Source of the DNA: an uncultured Gammaproteobacteria bacterium
GTDB lineage: Bacteria; Pseudomonadota; Gammaproteobacteria; DSM-19610
Assembly (NCBI GenBank): GCA_965364565.1
Contig: CBDTYI010000001.1
Span: 1-41,879 of the forward strand
Direction of reading: 5' to 3'
Length of the DNA stretch: 41,879 nucleotides
The notes beneath the pieces were generated by a model. That model was not told the DNA's origin. It worked only from the letters and a program-made list of their open reading frames with translations, and made no database searches. A program made the position numbers and the translations under genes. This document shows positions 1 to 9,487 of the stretch, piece after piece. Numbering within the stretch: the stretch's first letter is position 1; each line of letters starts with the position of its first letter.

Positions 1-1
1 C

Positions 2-97
2 ATACAACCATACCGGGAGAAACTGCAAGAGGAGAAAGGTCTGGACTTTAACGTTCGGGTGGGGATTAACACCGGTTTAGCCGTGGTCGGCGATGTC
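2..97 (+). other. Class III adenylate/guanylate cyclase-like fragment fused in frame to pyrB at the window edge (probable chimera)
   Basis: Frame 2 reads [32 protein letters not shown]. This matches the cyclase motif (I/V)R(I/V)G(I/V)(H/N)TGxxVVG and not the ATCase sequence expected here. Confidence 0.6.
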
Positions 98-547
98 GCT
101 CATCCTCGCGTTGCACGCTCTCAGATTCATGCGCTCAATTTACTGAACACCGGCGAGGTCCGTGTTGTGGCACCCCGCACCCTGCTGCCAGCCGATGTTG
201 AATCACTGGGGGTAAAGGTATTTCACGAGCTGCGTGAGGGCCTGCGCGATGCAGACGTTGTAATGATGTTGCGACTTCAGCGCGAACGCATGCAGGGTGC
301 CATGCTACCGAGCGAGCACGAGTATTTTCGCTTATACGGACTGACCGATGAAAAGCTTTCCATGGCCAAAGCCGACGTAACCGTCATGCACCCCGGCCCC
401 ATCAATCGCGGAGTAGAGATGGACTCGCAGGTCGCCGACGGCCCTCCTTCGGTGATTCTGGAACAGGTCGCTCATGGAATCGCCGCCCGCATGGCGGTAA
501 TGTCAATGGCAATGCAACAGAACATCCAGCCGCAGACCAATGACTAG
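80..547 (+). CDS. pyrB: Aspartate carbamoyltransferase catalytic subunit, C-terminal half (5'-truncated)
   Basis: VVGDxxHxRVARS, MLRLQRER and [11 protein letters not shown] ATCase motifs; overlaps the start of pyrC. Confidence 0.93.
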   Translation, partial: AVVGDVAHPRVARSQIHALNLLNTGEVRVVAPRTLLPADVESLGVKVFHELREGLRDADVVMMLRLQRERMQGAMLPSEHEYFRLYGLTDEKLSMAKADVTVMHPGPINRGVEMDSQVADGPPSVILEQVAHGIAARMAVMSMAMQQNIQPQTND

Positions 548-1832
548 CCCGAGGATCAGAATTTTCGGTGGCCGACTGATCGACCCATGCAACGAGATCG
601 ACGGACCGTTCGACCTGTACATCGCCGACGGGCGAGTCGCGGCAATCGGGGACGCCCCGGATGGCTTTGCCGCCGACGTGCAGCTGGACGCCACCGGCAT
701 GTGTGTCACACCGGGTCTGGTCGACCTTTGCGCGCGCCTGCGTGAACCGGGACAGGAACACAAGGCCAGCATCGACAGCGAGTGCCGCGCGGCGGCGTCA
801 AGCGGAATCACCACCTTGTGCTGTCCGCCCGATACCGATCCGGTAATCGACACTCCCGCGGTTGTCGAGCTGATCCGCCATCGGGCCCGGCAGGTTGGTG
901 CAGCACGCGTGGTGGCGCTGGGCGCCCTGACTCCGGGTCTGAAGGGCGTACACTTGAGCGAGATGGCAGCCCTGCAACAGGCGGGCTGCGTCGGCGTCAG
1001 CAATGCATACAACCCGCTCGGCTCAACGCTTGTCGAGCGACATGCGTTCGAGTATGCCGCCACCTTCGGCTTGACCGTATTCCTGCACGCCGATGACGCT
1101 GCGCTGTCAGCGGACGGCTGCCTGCACGAAGGCCGCGTGTCAACCCGACTTGGCCTGCCCGGCATACCGGAGGCAGCGGAAACGGTGGCGGTTGCTCGAG
1201 ACCTTGCTCTGATCGAGCAGACCGGAGTAACCGCTCATTTCTGCCGCCTCACGACTCGGCGCGCCGTCCGCATGGTAGCCCGCGCACAGTTTGATGGAAT
1301 CCCGGTCTCGGCCGACGTGGCAATTCCCTACCTGTACTTCACCGATGTCGACGCCAGCCAGTTCGGACCCGACTACCACTTTATTCCGCCGCTGCGCACA
1401 GCCGAAGACCGCACAGGACTATTGCAGAGTCTCAAGAACGGAACTCTCAGCGCTCTCTGCTCGGACCACCAACCGCATGAGCCAGATGCAAAGCTTGCCC
1501 CGTTTCCCGCCACGGAGCCCGGTGCATCGGGGCTCGACTCGCTGTTGCCCCTGACACTGAAACTGGTGGAAGAGGGTCACTTGTCACTGCCGGATGCAAT
1601 TGCCCGCGTCACCTGCGGTCCAGCCCGGATCCTGAATATACCCTGCGGTGAACTGTCGGTTGGCCGTGCTGCCGATGTGTGCGTTTTCGATCCGAACGGG
1701 AACTGGCGGCTCGACCAGCACACCATGAGCAGCCGCGGCAAGAACACGCCGTTCAGGGGTTGGGAAATGCGCGGCCGGGTGCGTTACACCCTGCGTGACG
1801 GTCACATTATATACCGCGGGACCTGGCAATGA
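540..1832 (+). CDS. pyrC: Dihydroorotase-like protein, probably the inactive PyrC' structural partner of ATCase
   Basis: Amidohydrolase fold motifs ([19 protein letters not shown]). The metal-binding HxH is replaced ([10 protein letters not shown]), as in Pseudomonas-type PyrC'. Directly follows pyrB. Confidence 0.9.
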   Translation: MTSPRIRIFGGRLIDPCNEIDGPFDLYIADGRVAAIGDAPDGFAADVQLDATGMCVTPGLVDLCARLREPGQEHKASIDSECRAAASSGITTLCCPPDTDPVIDTPAVVELIRHRARQVGAARVVALGALTPGLKGVHLSEMAALQQAGCVGVSNAYNPLGSTLVERHAFEYAATFGLTVFLHADDAALSADGCLHEGRVSTRLGLPGIPEAAETVAVARDLALIEQTGVTAHFCRLTTRRAVRMVARAQFDGIPVSADVAIPYLYFTDVDASQFGPDYHFIPPLRTAEDRTGLLQSLKNGTLSALCSDHQPHEPDAKLAPFPATEPGASGLDSLLPLTLKLVEEGHLSLPDAIARVTCGPARILNIPCGELSVGRAADVCVFDPNGNWRLDQHTMSSRGKNTPFRGWEMRGRVRYTLRDGHIIYRGTWQ

Positions 1833-2701
1833 ACGGTAAAGCACATCGAGACACCATCTTCCTCGAATCGGCGGAAATCATCGGCCATCAGGCTTTCGAT
1901 GGCTCTCAATACCTGCTACGAGTACACGCTCCCGAGTGTGCCAGGACTGCCAGGGCGGGCCAGTTTGCGCACCTGCAGTGCGATCCCATGCTGGCGATGC
2001 GCAGGCCTCTGTCGATTATGCGCGCCCACCCGCAGCAACAGTGGGTGGAGTTTCTCTACAAGGCAGTCGGGCATGGCACATCACTACTGAGCCACAGAAA
2101 AGTGGGGGACAGCATCAGCCTGCTCGGTCCGATCGGTGAGCCGTTCCAGCCAGACCTCGCTCGTCCGCGGGCGCTGCTGCTCGGCGGGGGTGTTGGTATT
2201 CCGCCGATGGTGTTTCTTGCCGAACAGCTCAAGAGCCGCGCCGGGTATCGGCCTTTCGTACTGATGGGCTCGGAGGTGCCGTTTCCGTTCCAGCCACGAC
2301 CATCACAGATCCTGATGCCCGGCATCCCGGACGGGGTTATAGCCTCAATGCCGCTGCTCGAGGATTGGGGCATCCCAAGCCGACTGGCCTCGCTACAGGG
2401 ATACGCCGGCTGTTACGAAGGGTTCATCACGGATCTGGCGCGCTGCTGGCTGGACAACCTGACACCCGCTCAACGCATGGAGGTTGAGGTTTTTGCGTGC
2501 GGCCCTCACCCTATGCTCGAGGCAACAGCGAAGCTGGCGGCAGAACACGGACTGCCGTGTCAGGTCTCCCTGGAGGAGTTCATGGCCTGTGCAGTGGGCG
2601 GTTGCGCCGGCTGCGTGGTAGAAGTCAAGACCGGGCAGGGTCCGGCCATGAAACGGGTGTGTGTCGACGGACCGGTCTTTGATGCCTATTCTGTATTCTA
2701 G
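1829..2701 (+). CDS. pyrK: Dihydroorotate dehydrogenase electron transfer subunit
   Basis: RRPLS, GGGVGIPP, CGPHPML and the 2Fe-2S motif MACAVGGCAGC...VCVDGPVF. Confidence 0.88.
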   Translation: MNGKAHRDTIFLESAEIIGHQAFDGSQYLLRVHAPECARTARAGQFAHLQCDPMLAMRRPLSIMRAHPQQQWVEFLYKAVGHGTSLLSHRKVGDSISLLGPIGEPFQPDLARPRALLLGGGVGIPPMVFLAEQLKSRAGYRPFVLMGSEVPFPFQPRPSQILMPGIPDGVIASMPLLEDWGIPSRLASLQGYAGCYEGFITDLARCWLDNLTPAQRMEVEVFACGPHPMLEATAKLAAEHGLPCQVSLEEFMACAVGGCAGCVVEVKTGQGPAMKRVCVDGPVFDAYSVF

Positions 2702-2729
2702 ATTCTAGACCAGCCCGCCCCGTCCTTGC

Positions 2730-3845
2730 TCAGGGCGTCTCGACCAGAGTAATACCGTCCAGCGCAGCACTTGCGTCCATTTCACTGTCCTTGAGCTTGA
2801 TCATCAGACGCACTTCGTTGGCGGAATCAGCATAGTGCAAGGCGTCATCCTGGGTGATCTGGCCTTCCTTGTAGAGATCGTACAGTGCCTGGTCAAACGT
2901 TTTCATACCCTGCTGGTTGGATCGTTTCATCAAGTCCTTGAGTTTGTGCACCTCCCCCTTGCGAATCAGATCCGCGGCCAGAGGCGTATTGATCAATACT
3001 TCCACGGCAACCCGGCGGCCTTTCCCGTCCGGCGTCGGGATCAGCTGCTGCGCGAGTATCGCCTTGAGGTTCAATGACAGGTCCATCAACAGCTGATCGC
3101 GCCGGTCCTCAGGGAAAAAGTTGATGATCCGATCCATGGCCTGGTTTGCATTGTTGGCATGCAGTGTCGCAAGGCACAGATGCCCCGTTTCCGCGAACGC
3201 TATCGCGTGGTCCATGGTTTCACGCGTTCGTATCTCACCAATCAGAATGACATCCGGTGCCTGGCGCAGGGTATTCTGCAGAGCGACTTCGAACGAATCG
3301 GTGTCAATGCCGACCTCGCGCTGGGTAACGATACATCCAGCATGCTGGTGTACGAATTCGATGGGATCTTCGACCGTTATGATATGGCCCGTACTGTTGT
3401 GGTTACGGTAACCGATCATGGAGGCAAGAGAGGTCGACTTGCCCGTGCCGGTCGCGCCGACGAAAATGATCAGTCCGCGCTTTGTCATGGCCAGATTCTT
3501 GACGATGGGCGGGAGGGTCAGCTCTTCGACCGATGGAATCTTGGTTTCGATCCGCCGCAACACCATGCCACAGTGATTTCGCTGGTAGAAGGCGCTGACA
3601 CGGAAACGACCTACTCCTGTGGCGCTGATTGCAAAATTGCACTCGTGCTTCTTATCGAACTCATGCCGTTGATCAGCGGTCATCACGCTCAAAACCACCT
3701 CACGGGCTTGCTCGGGCGTGAGTGTGGATTCCGAAACCGGCTTTATTCTGCCGTTGACCTTCATGCTGGGCGGCATACCGGCGGTGATAAACAGATCGGA
3801 TCCACCCTTGTGGACCAAGAGCTTGAGAAGAGATGAAAAATCCAT
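2730..3845 (-). CDS. pilU: Type IV pilus retraction ATPase PilU
   Basis: GATGTGKST Walker A, LRQAPDVILIGEIR, LHANNANQAMDRI; downstream of pilT. Confidence 0.95.
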   Translation of the reverse strand: MDFSSLLKLLVHKGGSDLFITAGMPPSMKVNGRIKPVSESTLTPEQAREVVLSVMTADQRHEFDKKHECNFAISATGVGRFRVSAFYQRNHCGMVLRRIETKIPSVEELTLPPIVKNLAMTKRGLIIFVGATGTGKSTSLASMIGYRNHNSTGHIITVEDPIEFVHQHAGCIVTQREVGIDTDSFEVALQNTLRQAPDVILIGEIRTRETMDHAIAFAETGHLCLATLHANNANQAMDRIINFFPEDRRDQLLMDLSLNLKAILAQQLIPTPDGKGRRVAVEVLINTPLAADLIRKGEVHKLKDLMKRSNQQGMKTFDQALYDLYKEGQITQDDALHYADSANEVRLMIKLKDSEMDASAALDGITLVETP

Positions 3846-3859
3846 CAGGGCCTCGGTTT

Positions 3860-4897
3860 TTAGCGGAACAGTTCTTTGTTCATTGCCTTGGTGCGGGCGT
3901 CGATTCGACTCACCAGACCACGCTGAACCAGATCCTGGAGGTTCTGGTCCAGCGTCTGCATACCGATCGCTTGCCCGGTCTGAATCGCAGAGTACATCTG
4001 CGCGACCTTGTCCTCGCGAATCAGGTTGCGGATCGCCGGCGTTCCGATCATTATTTCGTGGGCTGCGATACGACCACCGCCGGTCTTCTTCAGCAGCGTC
4101 TGCGAGATAACCGCGCGCAATGATTCGGAAAGCATGGAACGGACCATGGTTTTTTCGGCAGCCGGAAACACGTCGATAATACGGTCGATGGTCTTGGCGG
4201 CCGAGCTGGTATGCAAGGTACCAAATACCAGATGACCGGTTTCCGCTGCCGTCAACGCGAGGCGAATCGTCTCCAGATCGCGCATTTCGCCGACCAGAAT
4301 GATGTCAGGGTCTTCACGCAGCGCGGAGCGCAGCGCCTCATTGAAACCGTGGGTGTCGCGGTGAACCTCACGCTGATTAACCAGACACTTTTTGCTTTCG
4401 TGAACGAACTCGATGGGATCTTCGACGGTCAGTATGTGCTCGAACTTTTCATTGTTTACATGATCAATCATCGCGGCGAGCGTGGTGGACTTACCGGATC
4501 CGGTCGGTCCGGTGACCAGAACCAGACCACGCGGCTGGTCGGCAATATCCTTGAAAGTCCTGGGGCACCCCAACTCCTCAAGAGTCAGGATAGTCGACGG
4601 AATGGTGCGGAATACACCGCCCGCGCCCCGATTATGGTTGAACGCATTGACACGGAAACGCGCGAGGTTCGGAATCTCGAAAGAGAAGTCGGTCTCTAGA
4701 AACTCCTCGTAATCCTTACGCTGCTTGTCGTTCATGATGTCGTATATGAGACCATGAACAGTCTTGTGGTCCAGCGCGGGCACGTTGATGCGTCGTATAT
4801 CCCCGTCCACACGGATCATGGGCGGCAGCCCTGCGGAGATATGCAGATCGGAGGCATTGTTTTTTACGCTGAAGGCGAGTAACTCAGCAATATCCAT
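3860..4897 (-). CDS. pilT: Type IV pilus retraction ATPase PilT
   Basis: GPTGSGKST, ALREDPD, AIRNLIRE and GMQT motifs. Confidence 0.97.
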   Translation of the reverse strand: MDIAELLAFSVKNNASDLHISAGLPPMIRVDGDIRRINVPALDHKTVHGLIYDIMNDKQRKDYEEFLETDFSFEIPNLARFRVNAFNHNRGAGGVFRTIPSTILTLEELGCPRTFKDIADQPRGLVLVTGPTGSGKSTTLAAMIDHVNNEKFEHILTVEDPIEFVHESKKCLVNQREVHRDTHGFNEALRSALREDPDIILVGEMRDLETIRLALTAAETGHLVFGTLHTSSAAKTIDRIIDVFPAAEKTMVRSMLSESLRAVISQTLLKKTGGGRIAAHEIMIGTPAIRNLIREDKVAQMYSAIQTGQAIGMQTLDQNLQDLVQRGLVSRIDARTKAMNKELFR

Positions 4898-5062
4898 GCT
4901 CTTTCCCTTTGGTAGTTCTGGATTCCCTTATCGTCAACCCGGCGCAGAACTTGACCCTGCAACGGGAGCACCCGGTGCAAGTATAGCGACCATCAGAGCC
5001 GCTTTTGTCTCGGCATTCTGAACCCTTGTACCTGACATTTAAGATCCTGTATTGTTTTCCTC

Positions 5063-5890
5063 ATGAAAAAGACACAACTCGCCTTTATCGGCGCCGGCAA
5101 TATGGCGCGCAGCCTGATCGGCGGACTGATCGCCGACGGTTGGGATGCTGCTCGAATTTCTGTTTCTGATCCGGATGAAGCACAGCTCGCGGGCCTACGA
5201 AGCCGTTTTCCGGTACACACCCAGAGCCGCAACCGCGAACTGGCCGAAACCAGCGAAGCACTCGTACTGGCGGTCAAACCGCAAGTCATTCGGGAAGTGG
5301 CGCAGGAGCTGGCCGAGGCGGTACAAGCCCACCGACCGCTGGTGATTTCCATCGCCGCCGGCGTGCGCGCCGCCGACCTGCAACGCTGGCTGGGAGGCGA
5401 TTGCGCGCTGGTACGCTGCATGCCGAACACTCCTGCACTGGTTCAGAGTGGAGCTACGGCGCTGTTCGCGACAGACTCGGTAGACAATAGGCAGAAAGAC
5501 GTCGCCGAGAGCATTTTGCGCGCCGTTGGCCTGACACTTTGGATCGAAAACGAAGATCTGATGGATACGGTGACGGCTCTGTCCGGCAGCGGCCCTGCCT
5601 ATTTTCTTCTGGTGATCGAGGCTCTGCAGGATGCCGGAGAGGCCTTGGGTCTGAACCACCGAACGGCGCACCTGCTTGCGCTGCAAACCGCTTTTGGCGC
5701 TGCCAAAATGGCACTGGAAAGCAACGAAGACGTGGCCACTCTACGGCATCAGGTGACTTCGCCAGGAGGCACGACGGAGCGGGCCCTTGAGGTTCTTGAA
5801 GACGGCCGACTCAGAGAGCTGTTCAACCGGGCCCTGACCGCAGCCCGGGATCGTTCCAGGGAACTCGCGGAACAGTTGGGAGCCGCCTAA
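5063..5890 (+). CDS. proC: Pyrroline-5-carboxylate reductase
   Basis: FIGAGNMA, LAVKPQ, RCMPNTP, SGSGPAY, VTSPGGTT. Confidence 0.97.
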   Translation: MKKTQLAFIGAGNMARSLIGGLIADGWDAARISVSDPDEAQLAGLRSRFPVHTQSRNRELAETSEALVLAVKPQVIREVAQELAEAVQAHRPLVISIAAGVRAADLQRWLGGDCALVRCMPNTPALVQSGATALFATDSVDNRQKDVAESILRAVGLTLWIENEDLMDTVTALSGSGPAYFLLVIEALQDAGEALGLNHRTAHLLALQTAFGAAKMALESNEDVATLRHQVTSPGGTTERALEVLEDGRLRELFNRALTAARDRSRELAEQLGAA

Positions 5891-6456
5891 TGGCAAGCAG
5901 TTATGTGACCAATCCCCTTGAGTTTCTGATCAACACGCTGTTCAGTCTCTATATTATGGCGGTTCTACTGCGTTTCCTGCTGGCTGTAGTGCGGGCCGAC
6001 TTCTATAACCCGGTCAGTCAGTTCCTGGTAAAGGTTACTAACCCGCCCCTGCTCCCTATGCGCCGCATCATTCCCAGCGCAGGCAGGGTCGACACCAGTG
6101 CCCTGCTGCTGATGCTGTTGCTGCAGATGGCTGCGCTGGGGCTGATCGCTTTGCTGCGTGGCAGCGAGATCTCGGTCGGCGCTCTGCTGATACTGTCGTT
6201 TGCCGAGCTGCTCGCACTGCTGCTGAACATTTTTCTGTTCGCCATCCTGATCCAGGTCATCATGAGCTGGATAAACCCCGGCGCGTACAATCCGGCCGTA
6301 TCACTGCTGTATAGCCTTACCGAGCCCGTGCTGGGACCCTGCCGCCGCCTGGTACCGCCTTTCTCCGGCATCGACCTGTCGCCACTGGTGGCCCTCATTG
6401 CCATCCAGCTGGCTAAAATGTTGCTGCTCCCCCCGCTCTACCAGCTGGCCAACTGA
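5890..6456 (+). CDS. yggT: YggT family membrane protein
   Basis: ADFYNPVSQF...TNP and LTEP...GIDLSP repeats; conserved position after proC. Confidence 0.92.
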   Translation: MASSYVTNPLEFLINTLFSLYIMAVLLRFLLAVVRADFYNPVSQFLVKVTNPPLLPMRRIIPSAGRVDTSALLLMLLLQMAALGLIALLRGSEISVGALLILSFAELLALLLNIFLFAILIQVIMSWINPGAYNPAVSLLYSLTEPVLGPCRRLVPPFSGIDLSPLVALIAIQLAKMLLLPPLYQLAN

Positions 6457-6468
6457 GCGATACATCCT

Positions 6469-6775
6469 GTGTCCGGGCCGTGGTATTCCTGGCACGACCG
6501 GGCGCTGGTTCTGCGGGTCCGCGTTCAGCCACGCGCGGATCGAGATGAAACGGCCGGTTTACATGGAAACCGGCTCAAAATTCGTCTACGTGCCCCTCCC
6601 GTAGACGGTTGCGCGAACTCGTCTCTGGTCCGGTTCGTTACCCGGCTTTGGCGGCGTCCCCAGGAAGGACGTGGAGATCATCTGCGGCGCTTCTGGCCGC
6701 GACAAGCACGTCCGTATCGAAGCCCCCACATGCTTGCCCGACGGGGTCCGGCCGGTAAGCCTGCGATCCCGATAA
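6469..6775 (+). pseudogene. yggU: DUF167/YggU family protein with a +1 frameshift at ~6650 (real lesion or sequencing error)
   Basis: The N-terminus has VRVQPRA...[15 protein letters not shown]. Removing one G from CTTTGGCGGC restores [24 protein letters not shown], ending at TAA 6773-6775. Confidence 0.8.
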
Positions 6776-6940
6776 ACGCCGCTCCGTGGCAATGCGCCGC
6801 AGGCCCCGCGCACGTCGCTAAGCATCTAAAATGCTGACTAAAGACTACTTCCGAGTGGCCGCTAGGACTGAGAGGCGAGCCTGTCCTACGGACAGCGCTG
6901 ATCCCCTATGGGTAAAAAATAGAAAGCGGGAACCGTTTGC

Positions 6941-8926
6941 ATGCAGCAGGACAATCTAGACCGTCGCTTACACGCCTACTCGGAGTGGCGCGCGAAGCTC
7001 GTTCAGACCATTCAGGAATTCCAGGCCTGGCTTGAACAGCACGATCTTGCCTCCCCCGAGCAGGAGCTGCGGATCTTCGAAACCATCGAAGCACTGCGCA
7101 AAGACCGCCTGACAATCGCCTTTGTCGCCGAATTTTCGCGCGGAAAAACCGAGCTCATCAACGCCCTGTTCTTTGCCCATTACGGCAGACGACTGCTGCC
7201 CTCGGAAGCCGGCCGCACCACGATGTGCCCAACTGAGCTGTTCTACGATCAAGACGAGCCGCGCAGCTATCTCCGGTTGCTGCCCATCGAAACGCGCCTG
7301 CAGGAACGCAGTATTGCCGATTTTAAGCACGAGCCGATACACTGGACTCAGATTCAGCTGGACACCACCAATCCACAACAGATCAGCCAGGCTCTCCACG
7401 AGATCGTCAAGACCAAGCAGGTGCCTCTCGAGCGCGCAATTGAACTCGGACTTTACGACCAGGCCAATGACCCCTATTTCAGGGCCCACGGCAAGGTGCC
7501 GGACCATGTGGAAGTTCCCCACTGGCGCCACGCCCTGATCAGTTTCCCCCACGAGCTGCTGAAACGGGGACTGGTCGTTCTTGACACACCCGGGCTTAAC
7601 GCATTGGGCAACGAACCCGAGCTGACCCTGAGCATGCTGCCCGCTGCCCAGGCGATACTGTTTCTGCTCGGTGCGGATACCGGCGTCACGCGCAGCGATA
7701 TGGAAATGTGGGAACATCACGTGCGGGCCGTGCGCGATCAGCCCAACAAGAACCTGGTCGTGGTATTGAACAAGATCGACACGCTGTGGGATGACTTGAA
7801 AGACCAGGAGGCGGTCGATGTAACCATAGAAAGTCAGCGTAGAGCCAGTGCGCAGCAGCTGCATGTGCCGATCGAACGGGTATTTCCTCTTTCGGCACAG
7901 AAGGCGCTTACTGCAAAAGTACGCGATGACGCACAGCTGCTCGAGAACAGCCGTCTGCCCCATCTGGAGCGCTTCCTTTCCGAACAGGTTTTGCCCGCCA
8001 AGCAGGAGATCGTGCGCAGCAGCCTGGTGTCCAGTGTTGGCGGCCTGGTGAATCAAAACATCATGCTGTTGGAAAACCGCCTCGCGGAAACCACCAAACA
8101 GCTGGCTGAATTACGCTCACTGCGAGGCAAGAATGCCGACGTCATCATGCATCTGATGACCAAATCGAGAGAAGAACAAGCCGCCTACCTGCGCAATGTT
8201 GAAAGTTTTCAGAACAGCCGGCGGCTGCTGCAAAGCCAGGCGCGAAACATGCTTGAAGCGCTGAGTATGGATGCGTTCGACCGGCTGATCAACAAAACCC
8301 GGGACACCATGACGCACAGCTGGACCACTGCGGGAATGAAACGCGGCATGGAAACATTCTTTGATGGGGCGCGCGACACCATGGAGCAGGTGAGCAGCCA
8401 CGCCGAACAGACTCGCATGCTGATTCGGGCCACCTACAAGAAGTTCCACGCCGAACACGGCCTCCCGCAAATCACGCCAAAGCAGTTTTCCGTAGCCGCG
8501 TTTGCGACCGAGCTGGAACGGCTATACCAGGAAGCTGACGCCTTTCGCCGCAGTCCTGTCACCGCGATGACGGAACAGTCTTTCGTGATAAAGAAATTCT
8601 TTATTTCCCTGGTAAGCCACGCTCGCAGCCTGTTCTTCAAGGCCAACCAGGACGCCAACACCTGGCTGAAGGAAGTCATGAACCCGTTGGTGAAACAGAT
8701 CAAGGAGCACAAGGTCACCATGGAAAAGCGCCTTGAGACCCTGCGCCGCATCAGCGAATCCCGGGACACGCTGGAGAGCCGCATCAAGGATCTCGACGCA
8801 GCACTGCGCGAAATCAAGAGGCAGCTAGAGGCGCTGAGGACAATTCAGCACACCATAAACGCTCCGCTACCGGCGCAAGCCGAACCCGCGCCTGCATTCC
8901 AGGAACCACAGGAAGCGATCGTTTAG
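6941..8926 (+). CDS. Bacterial dynamin-like GTPase
   Basis: G1 AEFSRGKT, G2 GRTTMC, G3 DTPG and G4 NKID, followed by a long helical/coiled-coil C-terminus; 661 aa. Confidence 0.85.
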   Translation: MQQDNLDRRLHAYSEWRAKLVQTIQEFQAWLEQHDLASPEQELRIFETIEALRKDRLTIAFVAEFSRGKTELINALFFAHYGRRLLPSEAGRTTMCPTELFYDQDEPRSYLRLLPIETRLQERSIADFKHEPIHWTQIQLDTTNPQQISQALHEIVKTKQVPLERAIELGLYDQANDPYFRAHGKVPDHVEVPHWRHALISFPHELLKRGLVVLDTPGLNALGNEPELTLSMLPAAQAILFLLGADTGVTRSDMEMWEHHVRAVRDQPNKNLVVVLNKIDTLWDDLKDQEAVDVTIESQRRASAQQLHVPIERVFPLSAQKALTAKVRDDAQLLENSRLPHLERFLSEQVLPAKQEIVRSSLVSSVGGLVNQNIMLLENRLAETTKQLAELRSLRGKNADVIMHLMTKSREEQAAYLRNVESFQNSRRLLQSQARNMLEALSMDAFDRLINKTRDTMTHSWTTAGMKRGMETFFDGARDTMEQVSSHAEQTRMLIRATYKKFHAEHGLPQITPKQFSVAAFATELERLYQEADAFRRSPVTAMTEQSFVIKKFFISLVSHARSLFFKANQDANTWLKEVMNPLVKQIKEHKVTMEKRLETLRRISESRDTLESRIKDLDAALREIKRQLEALRTIQHTINAPLPAQAEPAPAFQEPQEAIV

Positions 8927-8947
8927 CCGTTCAGGCAGCCGCTACAG

Positions 8948-8969
8948 CGGCACCGGTGTGGTGTTTTTT
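8948..8969 (+). terminator. Possible intrinsic terminator after the dynamin-like gene
   Basis: Weak GGCACC/GGTGTT stem followed by a T-run. Confidence 0.4.
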
Positions 8970-9040
8970 TGCCCCTCAACCTCCGCAGTTTGGTCTATAG
9001 TTCTACCAGAGCCATTGTACCATCACACGGAGGAAAATTT

Positions 9041-9487
9041 ATGTGCAAGAACAACCTGCTGTCGCTGCTGCTCGGTGTCCTGATCGCATTCCCCTGGGCG
9101 ACCCATGCCGAGAATTCACAGGATTTTGGCGACTATGTGGTCCACTTCATTGCCTTGAGCACCACCGACCTGTCGCCCACCGTAACCCGTGAATATGACA
9201 TCAAGCGCAGCAAGAATCGTGGCATGATCAATATAGCCATACTGCAGAAAGTTCTGGGCACGGCTGGCGCGCCAGTCGCGGCGGAAATCAGCGCGTCGGC
9301 AACCAATCTCACAGGCCAGAAACGCGATATCGCACTCAGGGAAATACGCGAGGGGACGGCGATCTACTACATTGGCGAGTTTCCGATCACCCATGAAGAA
9401 ACGCTGCGCTTCACGGTGTCGGTGAAACCGCAAGGTGAGAGCGAAACTCAAGAAGTCAAATTCAAGCAACAGTTCTTCACTGAGTAG
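9041..9487 (+). CDS. DUF4426 family exported protein
   Basis: GGAGG RBS before ATG 9041; signal peptide ending ATHA; FGDYVVH, YDIKRSK, REIREGTAIYYIG motifs. Confidence 0.85.
   Translation: MCKNNLLSLLLGVLIAFPWATHAENSQDFGDYVVHFIALSTTDLSPTVTREYDIKRSKNRGMINIAILQKVLGTAGAPVAAEISASATNLTGQKRDIALREIREGTAIYYIGEFPITHEETLRFTVSVKPQGESETQEVKFKQQFFTE

Noticed and set aside
6651-6837. C-terminal half of the called 122-aa ORF as a novel domain
   Set aside because: It is out-of-frame read-through caused by the yggU frameshift.
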